DNA of 34,263 nt from contig JBILPX010000001.1 in NCBI GenBank assembly GCA_044373565.1, positions 1-34,263 on the forward strand. The letters are read 5' to 3'. Source of the stretch: Roseomonas sp. GTDB taxonomy: Bacteria; Pseudomonadota; Alphaproteobacteria; Acetobacterales; Acetobacteraceae. The notes below the pieces were generated by a model. The model was not told the DNA's origin and did not search any database. It saw nothing but the letters and a program-made list of their open reading frames with translations. Both the position numbers and the translations under genes were made by a program. Below, piece by piece: positions 27,131 to 34,263 of the stretch. The first letter of the stretch is position 1. The number at the start of each line of letters is the position of its first letter.

Positions 27131-28366
27131 ATGACTATTGAAAGACGTTCAGTCCTGACCGCTGCGGGCGGTGCAGCAGCCCTTGGTGGCCTGCCATGGC
27201 GCAGCGCGAAAGCGCAAGCCGCCAATACCATCAAGATCGGCATCTTGACCGATATGTCCGGCACTTTCCGCGACATCAATGGCCCGACCACCGTCGCTTG
27301 CGCGCGGCTTGCGGTGCAAGAATTCGGCCAGCGCGGCTTCAATGTGGAAACCGTTGTGGCGGACCACCAGAACCGCCCCGATGTCGCCTTGAATATTGCG
27401 CGCCAATGGTATGATCGTGACGGCGTGGACATGACGCTGAGCCTGGCTGCTTCTTCCGTGGCGCTGGCGGTTGCGGAACTCACGCGTGAGAAGAATAAGG
27501 TCGCCATCCCGACCTCTACCGCGACATCGGATATGACTGGCCGTGCTTGCACGCCGAATACGGTGCATTGGGCCTATGACACTTACATGCTCGCCAAATC
27601 CACCGGCGGTGCGACAGTGCGCGCGGGCGGGGATACCTGGTTTTTTGTTACCGCCGATTACGCCTTTGGGCATTCTCTGGAACGCGATACTACGGCTTTC
27701 GTACAGGCCGCAGGGGGGCGCGTGGTTGGTTCCGTGCGTACACCCTTCCCGGGCACGACCGATTTCTCATCCTATCTGCTGCAGGCGCAGGCTTCGCGCG
27801 CGAAGGTGATCGGCTTTGCCAATGCGGGGACGGATACCATCAACTGCATCAAGCAGGCGGCGGAATTCGGCATTACGCGGCGCGGCACCAAGCTTGCTTC
27901 CATGCTCATGTTCCTGCCGGATGTGCACGCGCTTGGTCTGCAAACTGCCCAAGGGCTTGTTTGCACCGAAACCTTCTATTGGGATTTGAATGACCGCACG
28001 CGCGCCTTCTTCCGCCGCGCGCAGGCGGTGGCCGGCCAGGTTGCCGTTGGCATGAGCCATGCCGGCGATTATTCCGGAACGCTACATTATCTGAAGGCTG
28101 TTGCTGATCTTGGCGTGCAGGCTGCGAAGGCGAGTGGCCTTGCCACGGTGCAGCGCATGAAGGCGCTGCCGACGGATGATGACGCCTTCGGTCAAGGCAC
28201 GATTCGTGCCGATGGGCGGAAGATGCACCCCGCCTATTTGTTCGAGGTGAAAAAGCCCGAGGAAAGCCGCGGGCCGTTTGATTACTACAAGCTGCTACAG
28301 ACAACGGCAGCCGATGATGCCTTCCGCCCGATCGCGGATGGTGGCTGCGCTTTCGTCCGTAGCTGA
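27131..28366 (+). CDS. Branched-chain amino acid-type ABC substrate-binding protein (PBP1), Tat signal; paralogue 1
   Basis: ERRS signal, IKIGILTDMSG, ADHQNRPD, TADYAFG, DFSSYLLQAQAS, IRADGR. Confidence 0.9.
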   Translation: MTIERRSVLTAAGGAAALGGLPWRSAKAQAANTIKIGILTDMSGTFRDINGPTTVACARLAVQEFGQRGFNVETVVADHQNRPDVALNIARQWYDRDGVDMTLSLAASSVALAVAELTREKNKVAIPTSTATSDMTGRACTPNTVHWAYDTYMLAKSTGGATVRAGGDTWFFVTADYAFGHSLERDTTAFVQAAGGRVVGSVRTPFPGTTDFSSYLLQAQASRAKVIGFANAGTDTINCIKQAAEFGITRRGTKLASMLMFLPDVHALGLQTAQGLVCTETFYWDLNDRTRAFFRRAQAVAGQVAVGMSHAGDYSGTLHYLKAVADLGVQAAKASGLATVQRMKALPTDDDAFGQGTIRADGRKMHPAYLFEVKKPEESRGPFDYYKLLQTTAADDAFRPIADGGCAFVRS

Positions 28367-28376
28367 TACGAAACGC

Positions 28377-28408
28377 GTGGGGCGGTAGTGCGCCGCCCCA
28401 CACCTTTT
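28377..28408 (+). terminator. Putative intrinsic terminator between the two paralogues
   Basis: GTGGGGCGG-N7-CCGCCCCAC 9-bp stem followed by ACCTTTT, 10 nt after the stop. Confidence 0.65.
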
Positions 28409-28485
28409 CCCCGGCAAGGCTTCCCTTCTGGCCTGTCCGGGTTATGCTTTTCCCTAGTCGGAAAAACATGACAGGAGGAAATGCC

Positions 28486-29718
28486 ATGACAATTGAAAGA
28501 CGCTCCATTTTCGCAGCAAGCGGTGCGGCGACTTTGGGCGGTTTGCCTTGGCGCAGCGCGCGCGCCCAGGCGGCCAATACCATCAAGATCGGCCTGCTTT
28601 CGGATATGTCCGGGCCATACCGTGATATCAATGGCCCTGTTTCACTGGCGGCGACGCGCCTCGCCATTCAGGAATTTGGCGCGCGCGGCTTTCAGGTGGA
28701 AATGATTTCCGCCGACCACCAAAACCGCCCCGATGTTGCGCTGAATATCGCGCGGCAATGGTATGATCGCGACGGTGTGGACATGATCCTCAATCTGGCA
28801 GCGTCATCCGTGGCGTTGGCGGTTGCGGAACTCACGCGGGAAAAGAACAAGGTCACGATCGCGACATCCACCGCGTCATCAGATATGACAGGTCGTGCCT
28901 GTACGCCCAATAGCCTGCATTGGTCCTATGATACCTACATGGTGAGCAAATCCACCGGCGGCGCGGCAGTGCGCGCTGGCGGTGACACCTGGTTCTTTAT
29001 CACGGCTGATTATGCCTTCGGTCATGCTTTGGAACGCGATACCGCGAATTTTGTGCGCAGTGCTGGTGGGCGCGTGGTTGGGCAGGTGCGCACGCCCTTT
29101 CCGGGCACGACGGATTTCTCATCCTATCTGCTGCAGGCGCAGGCTTCGCGTGCGAAGGTGATTGGGTTGGCGAATGCTGGCACAGATACCATCAATTGCG
29201 TGAAGCAGGCAGCCGAATTCGGCATTATGCGTCGCGGTATCAAATTGGCGTCAATGCTGATGGTGCTGCCGGATGTGCATGCGCTTGGTTTGGAAGCGGC
29301 CGGCGGTACCATCTGCACTGAAAGCTTCTATTGGGATTTGAATGATCGCACGCGTTCGTTGGTGCGTCGGGTGCATGCAATATCAGGCCCCGCCGCCATG
29401 GGCATGAGCCATGCTGGCGATTATTCCGGAACCCTGCATTATTTGAAGGCTGCCGCGAGTGTTGGCATTCAATCCGCGAAGGCAAGTGGTGCGGATGTTG
29501 TGGCGCGCATGAAGGCTATGCCGACAGATGATGATGCCTTTGGCCCCGGCTCTATCCGCGCCGATGGCCGCAAAATCCACCCGGCCTATCTTTTCGAAGT
29601 GAAGCGCCCGGAAGAAAGCAAGGGTCCCTTTGATTACTACAAACTGCTGGAAACCACTCCGGCGGAGGAGGCGTTTCGCCCCCTCGCGGAAGGTGGTTGT
29701 CCCATGATCCGTAGCTAA
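28486..29718 (+). CDS. Branched-chain amino acid-type ABC substrate-binding protein (PBP1), Tat signal; paralogue 2
   Basis: Collinear with 27131-28366 over the whole length. AGGAGG SD before ATG 28486. Confidence 0.9.
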   Translation: MTIERRSIFAASGAATLGGLPWRSARAQAANTIKIGLLSDMSGPYRDINGPVSLAATRLAIQEFGARGFQVEMISADHQNRPDVALNIARQWYDRDGVDMILNLAASSVALAVAELTREKNKVTIATSTASSDMTGRACTPNSLHWSYDTYMVSKSTGGAAVRAGGDTWFFITADYAFGHALERDTANFVRSAGGRVVGQVRTPFPGTTDFSSYLLQAQASRAKVIGLANAGTDTINCVKQAAEFGIMRRGIKLASMLMVLPDVHALGLEAAGGTICTESFYWDLNDRTRSLVRRVHAISGPAAMGMSHAGDYSGTLHYLKAAASVGIQSAKASGADVVARMKAMPTDDDAFGPGSIRADGRKIHPAYLFEVKRPEESKGPFDYYKLLETTPAEEAFRPLAEGGCPMIRS

Positions 29719-29730
29719 GCCAATCCGCCT

Positions 29731-29751
29731 GGGCCGGCGTTTTGCCGGCCC
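29731..29751. terminator. Hairpin between convergent genes (putative terminator)
   Basis: GGGCCGGC-GTTTT-GCCGGCCC perfect 8-bp stem in the 42-nt gap between two stop codons. Confidence 0.6.
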
Positions 29752-29760
29752 TTGCGTTCT

Positions 29761-30336
29761 TCAGGCTTTCGGCAATGGCGGCAGCGGCGTTGCCTCTGGC
29801 GGGATTTGCACTTCTCCCACATTCAGCGTCATCGATACTGTCACGTAATATCCACTTACCGCAATCAAATCGACCACACCCTGTTCGCCGAAGCGCGCCG
29901 CGGTGGCGGCGAAAGTGGCGTCGGATACGCCATGATCACGGTGCAGTTCAGTGCAAAATTCATAGACCAGGCGCTGATCTTCCGTCATGCCGGCAGGGCG
30001 GCGACCTTCGGCAAGGTCAGCCGCAACCGCGGGCGGCAAGCCGGCCTTCATCGCCATGGCGTGATGCGCATACCATTCATATTGGCTGGTCCAGACCCGC
30101 GCTGTGACCAGAATGGCGAATTCATTCAAATCGGCGGGGATGGAGCTGTTGAAGCGCAGATATTCGCCGACCTTCTGCATCCTGTCGGCAAATACCGGGC
30201 TGCGGAGCCAGGCATTGAAGGGGCCGCGCAAGCCGCCGCGTGGGCCTTTGATGATGCCCTCAGCCGCGGCACGCTGCTCCGCGCTCATGCTCTCGGGCGT
30301 CAATTCGGGGAAGCGCTGTTTCTTGGGCGTGCTCAT
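29761..30336 (-). CDS. Carboxymuconolactone decarboxylase (CMD/AhpD-like) family protein
   Basis: GPRGGLRGPFNAWLRSP, LNEFAIL, YEWYAH, FGEQGVVDL, GYY. GAGG SD before ATG 30336. No CxxC. Confidence 0.85.
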   Translation of the reverse strand: MSTPKKQRFPELTPESMSAEQRAAAEGIIKGPRGGLRGPFNAWLRSPVFADRMQKVGEYLRFNSSIPADLNEFAILVTARVWTSQYEWYAHHAMAMKAGLPPAVAADLAEGRRPAGMTEDQRLVYEFCTELHRDHGVSDATFAATAARFGEQGVVDLIAVSGYYVTVSMTLNVGEVQIPPEATPLPPLPKA

Positions 30337-30391
30337 GTGGGTTTCCTCGTCTTCATTGCTGCCGAAAGCGGCGCGCCCCGGCGGATGCGGC

Positions 30392-30461
30392 AGGCTAGAC
30401 AGCGCCAGGGGAGCGGGCAAGCCAGCGCATGCTTGCCGGGGCGGGGGGCTTTGGTTAGCCT
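30392..30461. promoter_or_regulatory. Symmetric divergent promoter pair
   Basis: Minus strand TTGCCC-N17-TAGCCT (30420-30392) and plus strand TTGCCG-N17-TAGCCT (30433-30461). Confidence 0.55.
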
Positions 30462-30524
30462 AAGCGCGGAGAACGGCGTCCCCAGGGCATTCCTGGCCAG
30501 CACCAAGCCGGATGGAGAAGCACC

Positions 30525-32243
30525 ATGCATGATATCGTGATTCGCGGCGGCACCATTGTGGATGGGCTCGGCACGCCGCGTTACACCGGTGATGTCGCGA
30601 TTGATGGCGACCGTATCACACAAGTTGGCGGGAAGGCTGGGCCGGCGCGGCGCGATGTTTCAGCCGAAGGCCGGCTGGTCACGCCTGGCTGGGTGGATGT
30701 GCATACACATTATGATGGCCAGGCCACTTGGGACCCGAAGCTCGCACCTTCATCCTGGCATGGCGTGACGACGCTGCTGTTTGGTAATTGTGGCGTTGGC
30801 TTTGCGCCGGTGCAGAAAAGCCACCATCAGGCGCTGATTGATCTGATGGAAGGTGTGGAAGACATCCCCGGCATTACGCTGACCGAAGGGCTGAAGTGGA
30901 ATTGGGAAAGCTTCCCCGAATATCTTGACGCTTTGGAAGCCATGCCGCGCACGCTGAATATCGGAGCGCAGCTCGCGCATCATCCCTTGCGCGTTTACGT
31001 GATGGGTGATCGCGGATTGAATCGCGAAAACGCGACAGGCGATGATATTGAAGCCATGGCGCGACTGACTCAGGAGGCGCTGGAAGCTGGCGCCTTCGGC
31101 TTCACCACATCGCGCACGGATCAGCACAAGACCCTGGCCGGTGATCTGGTGCCGGGCCGTTATGCGGAAGAAGAGGAATTGCTCGCCATCGGTCGCGCCA
31201 TGGGCAAGGCCGGGCGCGGCACTTTCGGCATGTTGAGTGATTTTGAGGATGAGGCGGCGGAATTCCGCTGGCTGAGAGAAGTGGCGAAATCCACCAAGCG
31301 CCCGGTTTGGTTCCTGCTGACGGATCGCGCCTATGATCCGCAGCGTTGGAAGCGCCTAATGCAGGGCGTGCATGATGCGCGCGCCGAGGGGCTCAGCCTC
31401 GCCGCGCAGGTGGCCGGGCGCACGGTGGGGTTGATTCTGGGGCTGACAACCTCGCTCAATCCCTTTGCCTTGCGTGAAAGCTTTGCGGCGCTGGCGGGGC
31501 TGCCGCCGGCCGAGCAATTGGCGCGGCTGCGTGACCCGGAAACGCGGCGCAAAATCCTTTCCGAAGAAGCATCGAAGCGGTTGCTGGATGTGCTGCCGCC
31601 ATTGTCGCGCCAGATCGCGACGCGTTGGGACAATATGTTCGAATTGGGCGATCCGCCGGATTATGAGCCGCCGCCGGAGCGCAGCATTGCCGCGCTCGCC
31701 GCCAAGGCCGGGCAGGATCCGGCTTCCTATTGCTATGACTTTTTGGTGGGCGCTGATGGCGAGCGGATGCTCTATTTCCCGGTTACGAATTACGTGACGG
31801 GTGATCTTTCCGTCGTGCGTGAAATGAATATGGATAAGGCAACCGTGCTTGGCCTTTCCGATGGCGGTGCGCATTGCGGCGTGATTTGCGATGCCTCCAC
31901 GCCAAGCTTCATGCTGACGCATTGGGCGCGGGATCGGAAGCGCGGCGAGGGCCTGCCCTTGGAATTCGTGGTGAAGCGCCAAACCAGTGAGACAGCGGAT
32001 TTCTTTGGCCTGACGGATCGCGGACGGCTGGCACCCGGTGCGATGGCTGATGTCAACATCATCAATTTCGATGCACTGCGTCTGTATCACCCTGAGATGA
32101 TCTATGATCTGCCAGCGGGTGGGCGGCGTTTAGTGCAGCGCGTTGATGGCTATGACATGACGCTGGTTGCCGGCAAGCCCATTCGCGAAGCGGGCCATGA
32201 TACGGGCGCCCTGCCGGGCAAGTTGCTCCGCGCGACAAGCTGA
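30525..32243 (+). CDS. N-acyl-D-amino-acid deacylase-like amidohydrolase
   Basis: IRGGTIVDG, PGWVDVHTHYD, HGVTT, GNCG, SDGGAH, DRGRLAPGAMAD. GGAG SD. Confidence 0.88.
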   Translation: MHDIVIRGGTIVDGLGTPRYTGDVAIDGDRITQVGGKAGPARRDVSAEGRLVTPGWVDVHTHYDGQATWDPKLAPSSWHGVTTLLFGNCGVGFAPVQKSHHQALIDLMEGVEDIPGITLTEGLKWNWESFPEYLDALEAMPRTLNIGAQLAHHPLRVYVMGDRGLNRENATGDDIEAMARLTQEALEAGAFGFTTSRTDQHKTLAGDLVPGRYAEEEELLAIGRAMGKAGRGTFGMLSDFEDEAAEFRWLREVAKSTKRPVWFLLTDRAYDPQRWKRLMQGVHDARAEGLSLAAQVAGRTVGLILGLTTSLNPFALRESFAALAGLPPAEQLARLRDPETRRKILSEEASKRLLDVLPPLSRQIATRWDNMFELGDPPDYEPPPERSIAALAAKAGQDPASYCYDFLVGADGERMLYFPVTNYVTGDLSVVREMNMDKATVLGLSDGGAHCGVICDASTPSFMLTHWARDRKRGEGLPLEFVVKRQTSETADFFGLTDRGRLAPGAMADVNIINFDALRLYHPEMIYDLPAGGRRLVQRVDGYDMTLVAGKPIREAGHDTGALPGKLLRATS

Positions 32244-32254
32244 AGGGCAGCGCT

Positions 32255-33223
32255 GTGATTGGGTCGAAGCTGAAGCGTCGCGGCCTTTTGGCTGGTATTG
32301 GCGCCATGGTTGCGGCGCCGCATTTGGCGCGTGCAGCCTGGCCAGAAAGGTCGTTGCAATTGATCGTACCTTTCGCGGCTGGTGGCGGTACAGACATTTC
32401 AGCGCGCACCATGGCTCAATTCCTGGAACGCGAATTGGGCCAGCCTGTGGTGGTACAGAACCGTCCAGGTGCAGGCGGTGAAATCGGGCTTTCTGCCATC
32501 GCTGATGCGCGGCCTGATGGCTACACAATCGGCATCATCAATACGCCGGGCATTGTGACGATTCCGATTGAAAGATCACCACGTTGGTCTTTGGCGAGTT
32601 TCACTTTCATTGCCGGCGTGGTGGAAGACCCGACGACTTTCGCCGTGCATCCTGAAAGCCCGATGCGCAGTATTGCCGATCTGGTTGCCGCAGCCAGGGC
32701 AAAGCCAGGGGAAGTGACTGTTGGCACGCAAGGCGTCGGTTCAGCGGGGCATATCAGCGCGCTGTTGCTTGAACAGGCGGCGGGCATTCGCTTTGAATGC
32801 GTCAGCTATGCCGGTTCAGCCCCTGCGGCGGTTGCGTTGATGCGCCGAGATATTCAAGTAACCACCGCAAGTCTGGGCGAAAGCCTGACCTTCGCGCAGC
32901 AACAGCCCTGGCGCGTTTTAGGGTTGATGTCCTCTGCACGGTCAGAATTCGCGCGGGATGTGCCGACCTTCAAGGACGCGGGTTACGATATTCGCGGTGG
33001 TTCACTGCGCGGCATTGGCGCTCCGCGCGGCCTGGCGGAAGATGTAGTCCGGCGCCTTTCCGCGGTGATTGGTGCTGTGCTGCGCCATCCGGAATTTCGT
33101 GAGGCGAGCGCACGGACCTTCCAGCCGCTGCGCTTTCTGGATAGTGCCGAATATGTGGAGTATCTGCGGGAAGCGGATGCGGCGCATCGCGCGCTATGGC
33201 GCCTGCGGCCCTGGAATAGCTGA
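32255..33223 (+). CDS. Tripartite tricarboxylate transporter substrate-binding protein (Bug/TctC), Tat signal
   Basis: KRRGLL signal, WPERSLQLIVPFAAGGGTD, QNRPGAGG, PDGYTIG, DVPTF. GTG start 11 nt after the amidohydrolase stop. Confidence 0.88.
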   Translation: MIGSKLKRRGLLAGIGAMVAAPHLARAAWPERSLQLIVPFAAGGGTDISARTMAQFLERELGQPVVVQNRPGAGGEIGLSAIADARPDGYTIGIINTPGIVTIPIERSPRWSLASFTFIAGVVEDPTTFAVHPESPMRSIADLVAAARAKPGEVTVGTQGVGSAGHISALLLEQAAGIRFECVSYAGSAPAAVALMRRDIQVTTASLGESLTFAQQQPWRVLGLMSSARSEFARDVPTFKDAGYDIRGGSLRGIGAPRGLAEDVVRRLSAVIGAVLRHPEFREASARTFQPLRFLDSAEYVEYLREADAAHRALWRLRPWNS

Positions 33224-33234
33224 AGCTTCCAGGC

Positions 33235-33969
33235 TTACGTCAGCCGATAATGGCTCGGCATTTCATCCTTGAGCGCCACGCCGGTGGCACCAAGCTTGCG
33301 CGCTTCGGCCAATAGCCACAGCGCCTTGGCTGCGGCGAAATCAGCGCTGAGCCCGCCTGGGCGGATATTGCTGATGCAGTTGCGCATGGCGTCATTGCTG
33401 CCGCGCCGTGCCGCCCAGGTGATGTAAAGCCCCATGCTGTCGGTCGCGGAAAGCCCGGGTCTTTCGCCGATCAGCACTACAATTGCTGCGGCTTCGATTG
33501 CTTCCGCCACATCATCGCCAAGCGCGACGCGCGCCTGTTCGGCGATGATGATGGGGCCAGGCGTAAAGCCCGCCTTGCTGAGTGACGGCACCAATACGTT
33601 GAGCAATGCGGGTGCTTGTTGCTGCACGCCGCTGGCGCAAAGCCCATCCGCGATCACCAGCGCAATGCTGCCTGGTGCCTTTGGCAGAACAGTGCCTTCC
33701 GGCAGGCGGCGGCCAAGATCAGGGCGGAGTAAAAAGCGCCGGCGTTCTTCTGCTTGGCTTGTCACGCGCTGAAGCGGCAGACCAAGGGGCGAAAGCTCTT
33801 CTTCAAGCTTTGCCGTATCCAGCTTGGACCAGACCGCATCGCGCGCCCGCGCATGTGCCTCCTGAAAATCCAGATGCGCGGCTGTGGGCAGCGCATTACC
33901 AGCGCGGCCAAGCGCCACGCGCGCATCCGTGAAGCGGCGCAGATCGCGCCATTTGCTGGGCGTGTTCAT
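33235..33969 (-). CDS. eutC: Ethanolamine ammonia-lyase small subunit
   Basis: TDARVALGRAG, HARARDAV, LLRPDLGRRL, ADGL, QARVALGD, LIGERPGLS, RNCISNI. Confidence 0.94.
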   Translation of the reverse strand: MNTPSKWRDLRRFTDARVALGRAGNALPTAAHLDFQEAHARARDAVWSKLDTAKLEEELSPLGLPLQRVTSQAEERRRFLLRPDLGRRLPEGTVLPKAPGSIALVIADGLCASGVQQQAPALLNVLVPSLSKAGFTPGPIIIAEQARVALGDDVAEAIEAAAIVVLIGERPGLSATDSMGLYITWAARRGSNDAMRNCISNIRPGGLSADFAAAKALWLLAEARKLGATGVALKDEMPSHYRLT

Positions 33970-34263
33970 TCAAGACCGATCAGCGCGGGTGACAGGCGCG
34001 CAGGGATCGCCTCTGTTGTGCCGCCAATGCCCATGCGGTTCAGCCAATCCTCAAATTCCGGCGCGGGGCGTTTGCCGAGCGCGGCGCGCGCATAAAGCCC
34101 ATCATGGAAGGAGGTGGATTGATAAGCGAGCATGACATCATCCGCCCCCGGCACGCCCATCACATACGTCACCCCTGCGGTGGCAAGGCACGTCAGCAGC
34201 GCATCCATATCATCCTGATCCGCCTCCGCATGGTTCGTGTAGCAAACATCAACCCCCATCGGC
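33966..34263 (-). CDS. eutB: Ethanolamine ammonia-lyase large subunit, 3' end (truncated at the right edge)
   Basis: PMGVDVCYTNHAEADQDDMD, MGVPGADDVML, YQSTSFHD, PAPEFEDWL. ATGA overlap with eutC. Confidence 0.93.
   Translation of the reverse strand, partial: PMGVDVCYTNHAEADQDDMDALLTCLATAGVTYVMGVPGADDVMLAYQSTSFHDGLYARAALGKRPAPEFEDWLNRMGIGGTTEAIPARLSPALIGLE

Noticed and set aside
33235-34263. eutBC as part of a microcompartment locus
   Set aside because: No shell-protein genes follow eutC. The short eutBC arrangement is ordinary in proteobacteria, and the upstream part is outside the window.
1-34263. CRISPR array, IS/transposase, integrase, prophage, tRNA/rRNA, defence system
   Set aside because: No spaced repeats or such motifs were seen. 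All intergenic gaps are under about 190 nt, and nearly all sequence is explained by the listed CDSs.

Overview
GC-rich alphaproteobacterial chromosome segment. The gene repertoire, including several Tat-exported Bug/TctC and PBP1 binding proteins, suggests a Roseomonas-like Acetobacteraceae member (inference, not a database result). Left to right: (1) 1-12733, a surface polysaccharide locus. A divergent, truncated SLBB/OtnA-type export gene missed by the ORF track faces an operon of heparinase II/III-like protein, Wzz-like protein, Wzy/WaaL-like protein, PglC-like transferase, PglE-like aminotransferase, two GT4s, WecB and a PglF/CapD-like dehydratase. (2) 12746-16139, a NitT/TauT ABC transporter with an AMDase/maleate-isomerase-family enzyme. 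(3) uvrB and a DUF3429-like membrane protein. (4) 19023-33223, a regulator-free catabolic region: BVMO, HpcH aldolase, atypical acyl-CoA dehydrogenase, OYE, beta-hydroxyacid dehydrogenase, luciferase-like monooxygenase, tandem-duplicated binding proteins, CMD-family protein, D-aminoacylase-like hydrolase and two TctC proteins. (5) eutC and the 3' end of eutB. No rRNA, tRNA, CRISPR array or mobile element was seen. Best leads: an acyl-CoA dehydrogenase-fold enzyme lacking both canonical catalytic glutamates within a BVMO-aldolase operon, CtrA-like and clustered GANTC sites in the polysaccharide locus, a single-cysteine AMDase-like enzyme, and a symmetric back-to-back promoter pair. Comparisons with reference enzymes are from recalled motifs, not computed alignments.
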